DNA of 64,000 nt from Lama guanicoe (GCA_013239625.1 MU053652.1:9002077-9066076); one strand, 5' to 3'; shown: positions 12,491 to 25,569, counted from the stretch's first letter. The notes: generated by a model from the sequence alone, not told the origin. Numbers and translations: made by a program.

Positions 12491-15400
12491 GTTGTGGTGG
12501 GTGAGACACAGGTCCTTCATTTTTCATTACCGTGCTGTAATGACCTGTCACCAGTTATTGGCTATCTCTTATTAACCTAAGTCCCTACACCACATACACA
12601 CACAGACACACACACACACTCGCTCACCCCAGTGGCCTCTGTGGCTTCCAACTATCCTGACCTTGAAATTCCTTCACAAAATGCCTCCTCTCCAACCACT
12701 TCCCCATGTGAACTCTTCAATCAAGCCAAAGGAGTCACTTTGTTTTTTTTCCTCTCCAGGAAGTCTCACCTCTCTGCTCAAGCAGCTCCCTTCAGCTGCA
12801 ATGCCCGCCTCCACCTCCTCCACACCTGTCTCCATTCTAGCTGGGTCAGCTCAAAAGAAAAATTTCCAAGGATGGAGAGAAGATAGGCAGTGGGTGACGG
12901 AGCCCAAGGTGAAATAAAATAATGTTTTCTTTTATTGATTTACCAATGTTTGTCTTTTCATTTCTGAGGAGCCTCAATTGCATGCAAAAATGTTAATAGG
13001 AGTTGAAGGTCTCTTATTCATAGCATTCCAATCTGTTCTGCAAATAAAAGCAGTGAAAGTGATTCATATGTGAATAATTCCCCCAAACCTTTGCTTATTG
13101 AAATGGATCAGAGATAATTACTAGGTTGGGGAATTTGCATCCACACAATTTTCTGATCTCACAAACATAATTTTCTTTAGAATGAATAGAAAATATTTGC
13201 TCTTTTAAAAGCTGTTGTGAATGGTGGAAATGTGTTTTTTCTCTCTCTGTCTAAATGTGGCTGCACCGTCCACTGTGGCTACTCCTCAGAGCCAGGGCCT
13301 TCTACCCCGCTTCCTGGCCTCTCTGGCACTGTGGAGCTCAGCTTGTGTTAGACTCCTATCTGTGTTCATCTCAGTGTGGTGATCCGTGTGTCCATTCTGT
13401 TGGTCATCACGTCCACTAAGAAGTCAGTGTCATCACAGTAGTTTGGGTCGTCATAATTCCTTCCTGCAAGATGACTTCACATTCACAGGCAAGTTGCGAG
13501 CATAAAGATAACTTGTCACATCCCAGGGGTTTATTTAACCACTTAACTTTTCGTAGTTAGCTGGGAGAAGGAGGAAATTTTAATTGGCGTTGCTCTGAAA
13601 AGGGGGTGGGACGAACACCTATTGTCTGATCCTTCAGAACCATCTGGAATACACGTGAGATCCATTTTCTGCCATTGTCTCTCCAGACCATCAGGCTGTT
13701 GTTCCAGGTGTGTGAAGTGCCTGTGTGGCTTAGGTTTAATACTTGATTTTCATTATGTCCAGCAGCTTGGTCCTTTGTTCTCTGAGGGATGTGTTTTCAA
13801 TACCACAGGAGATTTCTTTATGCCCAACCAAATGAATCTTTACAAACAACTCAACTGGTGTAGGGCCTCAGGTGGTCTTAAGGGACCCGTAAGAACAAGG
13901 CTTATGTGTAGGCACAGGGGATATTCAAATGTGGCATTGTATTAAAGGCATTTTGAATTTCTCTGTTCCAGTTTTCTAGAAAAATAAGCACCCCTCTTCC
14001 TGAGACTAACCAAGAAATTCCAGGGTTCCTTGAAACTCTGCTGGAAACAGAAAAAGAAGACATGTACAAGACACCCAGTAAAGTAAACGAGGATGTTGTG
14101 GAAGGAGAGAGAAGAAATAAAGAAAAAAAAATTTAAATATTTTTTGAGGAAAAGATAAGGAAAAAAAAAGGTGACGTCTATAGATGAATTTCCACAAATG
14201 GATGAGACTTTTGTATTGTTCAGAGTTAACACATTATCTTTAAGAGTGGAAAAAAAAATCCAAAAAGCAAAATACATGACATAGCTACATTTGACAATAT
14301 GGGTAAATTTTAGGAATACAATTTTAAATGAGAAGTCCCCAGAGATTATATCTTGCATGACACTTCTTAATAATCCTTTTTATTGTAAAATGTAGCACAT
14401 AAAAGTGGATAAAGGGGCCATTTTCATAAATTTAAAAAGAACCAAAAGTATATGCTGTTAATAAATACATTTAAGTGTAATATAATTATATCAAAAGGAA
14501 ATCAAGACAACAAAGAATTCAAGTTTCAAGGTGAGAGGCAGGGGGTGGATGGATGGGTGAGGATCTCACGTGGATGTAAGTTATTGTCATCATTTAAATT
14601 TCCCCTTGGATGGTGATTTCACAATTGTTTATTATATTATTAAAGCCAACAAATGAACAACAAACAAATAATAGAGAGCCTTTTGTATGTAAGTAATGGA
14701 AAACTGTTAAGAATTTAGGATTATGATTGATGCAGTTCTGTGCACCTGAGGTCCAATGAAAAATCTCACAAAGGAAATGAGGAAAGAAATATATAACTGC
14801 CCTTTGAGTTAACATACTCCAAGCATCTCTGTTTCTATGTTGCAATATATGTCTTTCCCTCCAATACTGGATATTAATTACCCTCCTTTATATGTATATA
14901 AAGTGGATCTCTAGAGAACTCTCAATTCCACCAGCAAGCATTAGCCTTTGGGAGCTACCGTCCCCTTGCTGCAGAAAAATAGTGAGAAAGTAATTTATTT
15001 GCACATGTTCCAGGCAAAAGCGCCCTCTGCTTTCAGGTAGTGGTGTGGCGGTCCTACTAGGAATGTCCCAGGTCTATATTCTAGTATAGCTCTAGCCAAG
15101 GTGTGAGTCTCCACCATCAGAAATAAGAAAACTAAAAAGAAATTTTTTTAAATCAAGTATCAAAATTGATACTTTGAATTTCCAAGCAGAACTAACGTTC
15201 CTCCCTGCCTCCCACAAATTTTCTAAACGTAGAACTTTTAATCCTGATTTACTTCACTGATTCTTATTAATTGTTTGCAACTTGGGTTTCCTGGGAAACC
15301 GGCTGAATTGGAGATGGCTGAGATGTGTTCCTGGGGATAACCTCTGTGAAGATGTGAGAGGGGCAGAGCTGGGCAGAGGGAGGGGCTGAGCCGTGATGCG

Positions 15401-16699
15401 GTCTAACACAGGCTCCCTCCAGCCCCACGCTGTTCTGTGAAGCTGAGATAGTTCCTCAGACAGGTCCTGAGCTGGGGCCTGGGGGGCAAGCCCTCCAGCA
15501 CCCCTTCCCCAGGGTCAGGCCCCATCCAAGCCTGCCTTTGGGGAGGATTTTCCTGTCAGTGTTTTCTTTCTGATACCTCCCCTCTCCGCATGTGAGGAGA
15601 TGGGGAAACTGCAGCCATTTTCTGTCTTGCACATACGTACCGAGCCAGCCCGTCTGGGAGCTCAGCTTGGCCTTTTCCGCCTCTGTCCTCTGGGCTTCAA
15701 GGTAGCCCTCGCTACAGATGTGGGCTGAGTAGGAGGCATCACTGCAAGGCTAACGGATGCCACTGGGGCCTGGGTCACTGGCGAATGCAGCCTGTGCCCT
15801 CTGGCCCTGCTCGTGACTGGTCCCCAGTGTACCGCTTCCATCTGGCTCGGGCTGATTCCTGACAAGGCCGTGGCCTTTCTCCGGATCCCTGGGTGTCTAA
15901 CCTAGTGATTCTCCTACGGGAACTTGCCACAAATCCACGCAGCATCTTTCTCATCACAGAGCCCTCTAACACCGCAGGGCCTCCTAGGTTACCTTGTGCC
16001 ATGGCCTTAACCTGCCCCAGAGGCCCTTACTTCTCTGGATCTCATTAAAAGCTGTCAGCTTTCCATGTAACTCAGTAAATGGGTTGGAGCAGTATTTGCA
16101 TGTGTGAAATGTGCTGTCTCTGGAACCTAACATGCGATAATCCTGGCATTCCTCAGACCATTAAAATCCTAAAAAATTCTACTGATGTGGTTGACTCCTG
16201 AGACGTAGTAAGATTTATGTTAAATGCTCTGGTGCTTTACCAAAGCCTCCAACATACTAGCTACTTTTGCTCGTCTGGCTCAAATATTACGATAACCTTC
16301 GTATCATGCTCAATGTTATGTCACAGCGGATGTCCAGATGGCTTAGGCCTCTTTGGGCTACCTTTGACAGAGAGTAGGAGAATTCATTTACATAGGCTTA
16401 GGGAAGACCATAAATGTTCACCGTTGTCCATCTTACATAGATGTACATTGTTTCTGGTCCACTTTGAGAGGGATGAAAAAGAACACACTTGCCAGACCGT
16501 GTCATGTATCTGAAAGCATGTTCATCTCTTCTAGCAAACATTTCCTATCTGGCTCCACAGGTGCCACTGGGGCTACTGCTAGACTGAGTTTGAAGACATC
16601 CGATGTCATTCCTCAGGATCCATTGGCCCACTGGGGCCACACAGGTGAATTAAACAGAAATGTGCTGGAGACCACTGCGACCCAATTGAACTTCTCAAC

Positions 16700-18995
16700 T
16701 TCCAAAAAATTTTGTTGATTTTTCTCTATTGTTTGTCTATTTGCTATTGTACGGATTTCTATTCTTTGTATTGTTTTCTTTCTTCCATTCTTTTGGGTTT
16801 TATTTGCTCTTCTTACAAAATAATATCTTAAGGTGGAAGCTTAAACCATTTATTTTACACGTTTTGGTTCTACATAGGCATTTAGACCAGTGATTTTTCT
16901 CAAAGCACTACTTTTTTTGCTCTATCTCACAAATTTTGATATGCTAGTATTTTATTATCTTTTCATTACTTTTCACTACAAAATATTTTCCAATTTTGGG
17001 TATTGTTTTCCATTTTACTCATGGATTATTTAGAAGTGTATGTTGCTTAAGAAGTGTGTCCCAAATATTAGGGGTTTTCTAGGTGTTTTGTTTTTATTGA
17101 TTTCTAATCTAAAACCATCATGGTTAGAGAAATAATTGTATTTTTTTCATTTTAAATGATTGACTTGTTTTATGGTGCAGTATATGATTTATCTTGGCAA
17201 ATGGTCCGTATGCACTTGAAAGGAATGTGTAACATGAAATTTTGATTGTGGTTTTCTCCCAGTGTTACTTAAATAAAGTTGGTTGATAATGTCATTCAGA
17301 TATTTTATCCTCTTTAGTGATTTTGGAGGAGGGGGTTACTTCTTCTACCAAATACTGAGAGAATCTCCAACTGTGAAAATCTCCAACTATCCATGTGGGT
17401 TTGTTTCCTTTTCCCTCCTCATGCTACTCTCTGTATTTTATTCCCTCCCCTGCTCTTTGCTGCCTTATTGTTGATGACGTGAGTCATTTCCAGTCCCCTA
17501 TTTTATCTCCTGGATTATCTTTTTAGCTGTATCTCTGAGTTTATCTCATCACAACATGTCTACAAATAATATTCTATTACCTCATGAAAGCTGTAATAAT
17601 CTTAAAACAATACAAGTGATTTTATTCCTTCTCCTCACTTCTGTTCTCTTATTCTTACATATTTCACTTCTGTGTAGTCTATAAACCCCATAGCTGTACA
17701 AACAGGTGATGGAGGGCCGTGTCATCTTTGGGAACACAGCGATCAGCTCCATGGGAGACATACCTGTCTCCAGAGTATTTCAGAATCCAATGGGCTGCGT
17801 GAAGAACTGCCCCCTGATTGACTTGGAGGTGGATGGTGGATCTGAGCAGGCTGGGACTCCGGTGCCCTCGTTACTGCATCAGGACCTGGCAGCTTTAGGA
17901 ATCAGTGATGCCCCAGTTACCAGCAAGGTTGCCGGTCAGAATTGCTGTCAGGAAAAGAGGAATCCCACTGCCAGCACACTGCCAGGTGGAGGTGTTCAGA
18001 GCCCTTCTGCAGAAAGGAACTTGCTGGATCTCCTCTCCCCACAGCCGTCTCCAGGACGTCTGAATTATATTCCACAGAAAAGTATCCCCAAGGAAGTGCC
18101 ACCGGGTACTAAGTCCTCTCCAGGTTGGTCCTGGGAGGCTGGCCCATCGACTTCTTCCCCGTCTTCCCAGAACACACCTCTGGCTCAAGTGTTTGTCCCT
18201 TTGGAGTCCGTTAAGCCCAGCAGCCTGCCTCCTATTATCGTGTATGACTGGAACGGGTTCAGAATCCTGCTCCACTTTTCCCAGACGGTGGCCCCTGGCC
18301 ACCCAGAGGTGCAGGTGTTACTGCTGACCATGATGAGCACCGCCACCCAGCCTGTGTGGGACATCATGTTTCAAGTGGCTGTGCCAAAGTCAATGAGAGT
18401 GAAGCTGCAGCCAGCGTCCAGCTCCGAGCTTCCTGCTTTCAGTCCTTTGTTGCCTCCAGCTGTGATCTCTCAGATGCTGCTGCTCGACAATCCACACAAA
18501 GAACCCATTCTTTTTGTTTTTCATAATCAATAGTCTTTTAAATAAAATTAAAAAAAATTATATATATAATGATATATCTTGGGTTTTTTCCCTTCTTCCT
18601 ATCCAGTCTTCCGTTTGATGGTATTTCCCTTCAGCTTAATTAACTTCCTTTACTGTTTCTTGTAAAGGTCTTTTGGAAACAAAACCGCTCGGGTTGTCAC
18701 TAATGAGAATGTCCTTAATTCATCTTCATTTTTGAAGGGCAATTTTGCTGGAAATGAGATTCTAGGTTAGGAATTTTTTTCTTATAGTATTTTTTCATTC
18801 TCTTTTGGTCTTTTCCACTAGCATGTTTGTTGTTTCTGATGAGAATTAAGCCATATCCATATCAGTTTTCTTCTGTGTATAATGTGCTTTTTCTCTTCTG
18901 GCTGCTTTTTTAGATCTTCTCTTCCTCTTTATTTTTCAGCAGTTTTACAATGTTGTGTGTATGTGTTTCGTACTCCCCTTGTGGTTTGCTGAGCC
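16700..18995 (-). mobile_element. Old LINE-1 (L1MC-like), antisense, interrupted by the GGA2 insert
   Basis: L1 antisense motifs on both sides of the insert (CTCACAAATTTTGATATG; TCATCTTCATTTTTGAAGGGCAATTTTGCTGG). Confidence 0.75.
17694..18510 (+). pseudogene. GGA2: Processed internal fragment of GGA2 (end of GAT, hinge, most of GAE/ear domain); frame open 17706-18533
   Basis: Translation LYKQVMEGRVIFGN...CPLIDLEVD...NLLDLLS...PLAQVFVPLESVKPSSLPP...FQVAVPKSMRVKLQPASS...LLLDNPHKEPI closely follows the recalled GGA2 C-terminal half; no introns; L1 on both sides. Confidence 0.93.
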
Positions 18996-20651
18996 TCTTG
19001 TGAAATGGTGTTAAATGCTGTGGAGAAAAATAAAGCAAGGGCCGGGGGGAGGGCATCTGGATTCAGGTTGGTAGGGGTTGTAATTCTAACTAAGATAGCT
19101 GGAAGAGACTTCTTTAAGAAGGTGACATTAAAGGTTCTCTGTGGGAGGATATGGAGGAATCTGCAAGCCCAATGAAGGGAATTTTTCTAAGCATCTCCCA
19201 TGACACCTAAGTTGGCAGCAAATTGGAACCCAAATCCTGTTATTAGGATCCTCTGTTCCCTGCTTTTTCCATTATGTGACACTTGTTACAAGGACTCATA
19301 AGGGATTCACTGAAGCACTGTGTCAAGCAGTGTGGTGTAGCTGTGGGCTGTCGGCAAACAGGAACGGCAAACAAATTAGCCTAACAAGTCCTTATCGATG
19401 ACCTGCTGTCCAGAGAAGATCACTGGCTCCCTAGGGATCTGAGAGGCATACACACTGGATTTCCTGCCTTCAGGAAGTGGACAACAGGGGGTGGGGGTGG
19501 GGGCAAAGCACAAACAAATAAAACAGGTGTTTTGAGGTTACAGTCTGAACAGGGCAGGTGCACAGCGGCAGCCAGGGGTGCTCCTCAGGTAGTCTTTTGC
19601 CAAAATCCAAATGACGTTCTTCACAGGCTTGTTGTGAAGGAAGAAAATCCTGCTCCCTCACCTTCTTTTCAGCCTCGCTCACACACATGAATTATCATAC
19701 TGTCAACAGCATAATGTAATAAGAAGGATGGCAATATATTGTCTTTTGTTAGCTGGCTGAAACCCAAGGACTGTGGTTATTGAATACAGAGGGCAGACAG
19801 ATGGAAGTTTCATGCTGTCCTGTAATTGCACAGTAGCCTTATCTTTGGGAGTCCTTTCCAGAACAGCATCTATTACCTGTGGTTAAGTTGGGATGGGACA
19901 ATCCAAAGTAACATGGAATAGACCTACTGATGAAATTTAATTGTTGCCAATTAAATCCAGCAGAATTTGTATCATGTACCATGACTTATTTCATTAGACT
20001 GCAGAAGTAAGGCTGTCATTATATCCAGGAGAACAAGTACTTGTTTGAGATTCCAGTTTTTACGCTGTATGAAAAACAGTGACTAGAAACCAGGCGTGAC
20101 ATTGCCTTCCCCTTTGTGTACTGTGGTGCTGGAAAGTAGCAACTGGGAAATTAAAAATGTGTTAAAAAATAGTTCTCATTAAAAGCAGAAAAATTCAGAA
20201 AGTCTAAGATATACATCTACTGTTAATTTGATCAAGCAAATCCATTAAGGAAAGATTCAGCCAAATCAGCTGTTTGTCCTTGCATTGTCATAAAAACTTA
20301 AATTAAAAAATGTGCTGGTATTTGTCTTGATACCTTGAAAAGGACTCAGTCTCAGTTTCCAAAAACTATATAAATATATATTGCTTTGACTTTGCATTTT
20401 CCCCTCAGTTTTAAGGAAAAAAAAATTACAACAGTTCAAGTTTTATAGCACATTTAAACATTTCCCCTTTCATCCTGCTTAATAGGAATTATCCAAAGAA
20501 AAAGAGTGAGGATTGTATTCTAAGTTAAATGAAGCATTTGTTGGAAGGTGATAAGAATCTACTATTTGAGGTTTATGCTTAATTCCATCCCTGATTTTGT
20601 GTTTATTTTTCTGATTAACATAAAATGAACACGTGGACTCTCCTTCTGAAT

Positions 20652-20683
<32 letters not shown>
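20652..20683. repeat. (AC)n(AT)n microsatellite
   Basis: Directly visible. Confidence 0.9.
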
Positions 20684-20684
<1 letters not shown>

Positions 20685-22319
20685 AAATTTTCCCATATCA
20701 CACATTTCTTAATTGTGAGAGATTTGTGATTTACTAGGTTTTCCTGCTATTAAAATGCTGTTAAAGACCTGCCTTTTGGAGTTTGAATTAACTACTTAAT
20801 ATTTAAAAGTCTTTTAAATACTTAGAAGTGTCAGTTAAAATTATGTATAGCATTGTTGGATTTTTATTGGAAATTTCATTTAGATTGTTTCAGGATAATC
20901 TATAACAGGTCTCAGAAGAAGCAGCTTCTAACTGCATTCAGATCAGAATCCCCCGTGAAAAGGAATTGTCTATGCTTCCTGGAATCAGGTATCATCCAAA
21001 GACTTGGCTTACTCTGATTCTCTACAGGCTTAGAATGTATAGGTAATTAGAAAGGTCAGTCCTATCACTCCTAAGGTTGTCTTCATGAACCTCAGTAAAT
21101 GGGAATAAAAAATTTCTTTTAGCCTCTCCCCTTGAGTCATTCTCTCTACTGAGGGAGCAGAGGGAGGAGGCCTGGTCAGCAAGCCAGGGGCTGGCTAGAA
21201 GTAGAATTAGACCATGTTATAATTAGTACGTTGCAGTCAACAGGTTCAGCAGTGGCATGTCACTGGTAGAGAACATGGTATGACTGGGAAAAACTGTTGA
21301 GTGTGGCGGTGGTGTTGGTGGTGTGGGATTCATGAATTGATTGGAAGAAGACATCAGAGTTGTTGCCAAAGGTGGCTGGTTGTTGCCTAGCAACTCCTCT
21401 CTGGCCCTTCACCTCCCCCCACCCAAATACCTAGAACGTAAGGCATGGTGGGCTAGCACAGAACCTGTGGGATCACTGCAATGAAAAGAACCTTTACAAG
21501 GCTCTGGAGAGTAAGTGGTGGGTGTGAGGTCATCCAAGGCACCAAGCAGCCCGCCGAAAGATACAGTGCTGTAAGTGTCTTGAGGAAATGCAGGTGGGTC
21601 CAGAGAGGGGCTGGGAGGCTGAGCCACCGGCAGGAAGGATACGAAGGACATCCAGGAGACGGAGATATGGACAGCAGTGGGAGTTTCAGTTTCTGATGGC
21701 AATAACTTAGTGTTGTGATTTGTATTTTCTCTTAAAGAAACTTTTTTTTTTGCTCCTAATAAAATTATGATTGTAACGATAGCTGGAAAATCGGGCAAGC
21801 TCTCCCTATTCCCGATTTTAGATCTTTCTGGGTTGGCAGGGTAAAGATGGCAATAGAAAAGGGTTTGTAAAAGCTAGCAGAGTAATTATCCCACAGAGCT
21901 AATTACTCTGGGGGCTGGCGGACCACATTTGTGTGGTTGTTACAGGTTTTGGGTACACTGGACCACAGGAGAAGTGTCACCACCAGCAGCATGAGTACAA
22001 AGGTGACCTTGGCTGAGGGAGGGACTTGCACATGTGTTTGGGCACTAATTCTCTTACAGAATGTGTTATTTTACCAGTGTCATGATATGGTTCAGTTCAA
22101 GAAATGGGCCTTTGGAAACTCTCTTTACTTTTATTATTTGTAAGATGTAACAGGGAACGGAATCCTATTGTGGGTCTCCTTCCCACACTCACTCCCACTT
22201 TAAGCAGCGCTTTGGTTAGGGATGTGAGCGGGTTGTTGTTGGGGCAAAGAGAGGGCTAAAAAAAGCAGGGAGGAGTTATGGAAAGGATAGAGGCTAAGTT
22301 AAAGAAGAAAGAATATAAG

Positions 22320-22580
22320 GTAATAATTGCTAATGTTTACTAAGCCCTTATCTGAACAGATGCTATGCTAAGTGCTTTATATACAGTAGCATTTAATATT
22401 TTAACAACACCTTCACGTAGATACTATTGTAATCTCTGTTTTCCATATGACAAAACAGGCACAGAGAGGTTATATAATTCACACGTCATCACAGAGCTAA
22501 GTGTGGACAGTGGCAGAGTGAGGATTAGACACCAGGAAGACTGGTTTGAAAGTCCAGGCTCCTGGCCACCACACTACACT
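22320..22580. mobile_element. MIR
   Basis: ATGCTAAGTGCTTTATATA...ACAGGCACAGAGAGGTTATATAATTCACACGTCATCACAGAGCTAAG. Confidence 0.7.
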
Positions 22581-23129
22581 GCTACAAAGCAGCAGGGTGC
22601 AGCTGTGGGGTGAGAGGGCTGAGGCGGTGGATACACACGAGGAGGAGGGCAATGGAGGTTGTCAGAGGGGAGCCCAGCAAGGATGTGATGTATGCCTCTC
22701 TCTCTGGAGTGTCATATACAGGATACAGGTATGAAGCTGGTCTAGACCAAAGACGATGTTTTCTATCACCTTTCGAGTTGCTGAACATATCACTCTCTTA
22801 TCCTGCTTTCTGCGTCATCCCTAAGGGCATTTGGTTTTATCATAAAAGTGTGTGGATAGTGTGTTAACAGTAATGTACGAAGAGAGGGAACAAAGACGTC
22901 TGGGAAACCCAGCGGTAAGGACTAAAAACGCCAGTTGGTTATAAATTGATCAGCGGCCTTGTTTTTAAAAAAATGCCAACTGATGAGACGAAACTGTCAT
23001 TTTCTCCGCAAATTACTATAAAAACTACAATTTAGGCTGATTTTCAGCCTAGATGAAAAAGTCAGGTTTACATATCAGAAACATGGGAGCGTGCATCGGT
23101 CACTAAGAGAGGCTTTGGAGGCGATGAGA

Positions 23130-23320
23130 CTCAGGTCTAGAGGCCAGCACTGCCATTTTCCAGCAGTGGGACCTTGGGCAGGCCACTTAATTCCTCTGAC
23201 CTTTTATTTCCTCATTGGAGAATCGCAGGACTACTGTGCAGATTAAAGAAAGTATACATAAGCACCCAGTGGATTCTTAGCTCATATTAGAGCCTCAATA
23301 AATTGTGTCCAAATAATAAT
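23130..23320. mobile_element. MIR
   Basis: GGGACCTTGGGCAGGCCACTTAATTCCTCTGACCTTTTATTTCCTCATT. Confidence 0.65.
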
Positions 23321-23477
23321 AATAGTAACAATATACTTTATTTACTAGTAGTATGATGAATTATTTCAAGTGACTCTTCTGTGTATTAAAAATGTATTCT
23401 AAAATATGAATGTAATAATGTATAGATTATTCTAGAAACATGGCTTCTAGAATAGAAGGCTTCTGGTTGGATCATAC

Positions 23478-23643
23478 TTTAAAGATCCTTCTGCTGAAGT
23501 CAATACCTTTACCAGCAGTGCTAAGATTATGCTGAAGGATAAAAGTTTTTGTGCATGTGTGTGTAGTGTTTCAAATCGCATCTTCACGTCCAATTTCCTG
23601 ACCTGTCCTTTCAACAGTTCGCAATGAAAGAAGTAAACTATCA
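23478..23643 (-). CDS. Candidate internal exon (phase 1-2): IVYFFHCELLKGQVRKLDVKMRFETLHTHAQKLLSFSIILALLVKVLTSAEGSL
   Basis: ctcttttcaag|TG...TTAAA|gtatga; 166 nt open in one frame in unique sequence; exits in phase 2 like the downstream micro-exons. Confidence 0.3.
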
Positions 23644-24512
23644 CTTGAAAAGAGTGTATTATGTAAAACTGGTTTCTAAGAAACTTGATTTTATTTTAAA
23701 AATTTTGTTGGTGCTCAATTTGGTAATGGAAAACATTATTTCACATAAGAAGTGTTCTCAAGAATTGAAGCTTTTCCATTAAGTGCTAAAGATTTCACGT
23801 GGTACCAGGTTTTTTAAAGGTTTTTGAAAGAACACCTAAAAGCACCAGTGACACAGCTTGTTCTGCCTGTGTATTCAGAATTAGAATAACGCTTTTGACA
23901 GTAGCGTCAATATGCTGACATTATTATTAAAGGTCCTTAACCTTATCATAGAGGAGTTAAAGGATGCTTTACAAGTTTACCCCAGAATCATGTGCGAAGG
24001 ATTGTTGGGTTTCAAGGTTTTCAGGTGCTTTTTCCTTTTCTTTTTTTTTAAACCAAAAGTAACGCTGGCAAAGACAAGGGTGGAGTGACAAAAGCTACTG
24101 GTCCCCACAGAGATGAGTTCTCACGCTATCGTTACTAGTGAAAAGAGTAGCTAGCCATGGGTAGTGTTTTTTCATACACTATTATTTTTAAGTGAAGTAC
24201 TTGCATAAAATTGCTTCCCTCCCCCGTTTTGGAATTCACTTTGAGAGGTCGTAAAATACCCTATTATATAAACTTACAATGGATATTTCAAAAGTGTCTC
24301 ATATTGCCTCAAGTGAGGTACGCACGGGTTTAATCAAGGGCATTGCTAGGCTTAATGTGCCGTCGCATCCTTGGGTGTGACTGCAACTCACAGCCACCAC
24401 GTTTTTGAAAATGTAACATTCCAATTCACCTCCCTACTTTATTCTTTGGTTTCCACCCTCCTCCAGAAATTAGAAACATATAAAGATCAGAAATGAATAA
24501 AGAGGACAAAAA

Positions 24513-25071
24513 TGTTACCAGACCTCCCAAGACGGTCCCCAGCATGGGTCCTCCTGCCCAGTGTCTCTCTCTCTCTCCAATAGAAGGAGACCAAGGTCGG
24601 TCCAAAGGAAAGCTTTATTCTCTGATCAAAGAATGAAGAGCTGCGAGCTTGCGCTCTAGAGTACGGGTCCCCCGGACCCCTGCAGTGGGCGGGGCTGTTT
24701 TACAGGAGGCTGGTCAGCCGGGAGGAGGGAGGGGCGGAGTGCTCCTGGGTTCTGCGCAGGCGTAATTGTGCTGGCTCCCGACTGCAGCGCCGGGTGCAGC
24801 GGCTCTGCGCTCAGCCCGCTGCCGCCATGCTGACCTGCGCGGCTCTTCTGCACGCTGCCCGCAGAGCTGGCGCGTCTGGTGCGGCCCTGTTCGCGCTAGG
24901 AGCTCGGGTCTGAAGGGCTAGGAGCAAGGCCTCTGCTCGCGCTACCCCCGGACCCAGGAAAGCTAGACTAAGCACAAAGGAAAAGAGGGAAAAAAAAAGG
25001 TTAGACTTTATTTTGTTACCCAGACTCTATTTTTATTTTCCAGGAATTGTTAGTGGGCTTTGCTGGTGACA
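24513..25071 (-). mobile_element. Young CpG-rich solo LTR (ERV1-like, 4-bp TSD)
   Basis: Termini TGTTACCAG...CTGGTGACA (8/9 inverted match); AAAA on both flanks; minus-strand AATAAA at 24614-24619; ~29 CpGs in 24640-24950. Confidence 0.8.
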
Positions 25072-25231
25072 AAAATGGTATAACTACACCATCCGGATAC
25101 CTCCAGTTGAACTTTCTAATTAAAAAAATTGAAGTACTATATTCACATGATTAGAAAGTTACAACAGGGGCCTGAATGTCAGGGTATTGGTCATGTTAAT
25201 CATCAACCGGGTTGATGATTCACAGGGATTC

Positions 25232-25295
25232 CTCTTATTTTTTTAGTTGAAGTATAGTCTGTTTACAGTGTGGTAGTTTCTGGTGTACACTATAA
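25232..25295 (-). mobile_element. Tiny L1 3' end with 11-bp TSD
   Basis: CACAGGGATTC at 25221-25231 and 25296-25306 flanks a T-tract plus L1 tail. Confidence 0.75.
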
Positions 25296-25569
25296 CACAG
25301 GGATTCATTTTATTGTTATGCTTCAAAATATATATAGATGTTTCATATATTCTTTTGGATGCATCCAATATTGTGTGAATGACAACCTTTATCCCTCTCC
25401 CAAATAAACAACAAAAATAGACTGAACTAAAGAGTAAAAATCTCTTCCATCCCTAGGCACTCACCTTAAAGGGAATGACTACTTTAATAATCTCTAGTCT
25501 GTCTTTCCCGGGAAATGATCTAAGCATATAAAAATACATCTTTTAAATATTCTTTTTTTGGACTGCAAA

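Noticed and set aside
15019..15033. CTCF-like motif (reverse complement AAAGCAGAGGGCGCT); also CCATCAGGTGGCACT near 58636
   Set aside because: Partial matches expected by chance; needs ChIP data
17895..18367. Antisense ORFs over the GGA2 insert
   Set aside because: Shadow ORFs of a GC-rich coding sequence
21878..21910. 11-bp hairpin CAGAGTAATTA / TAATTACTCTG
   Set aside because: Too short for a pre-miRNA; no supporting context
24827..24913. GCCGCCATG-initiated 28-aa ORF (MLTCAALLHAARRAGASGAALFALGARV)
   Set aside because: Antisense within a solo LTR; no donor or downstream exon; likely a GC-content effect
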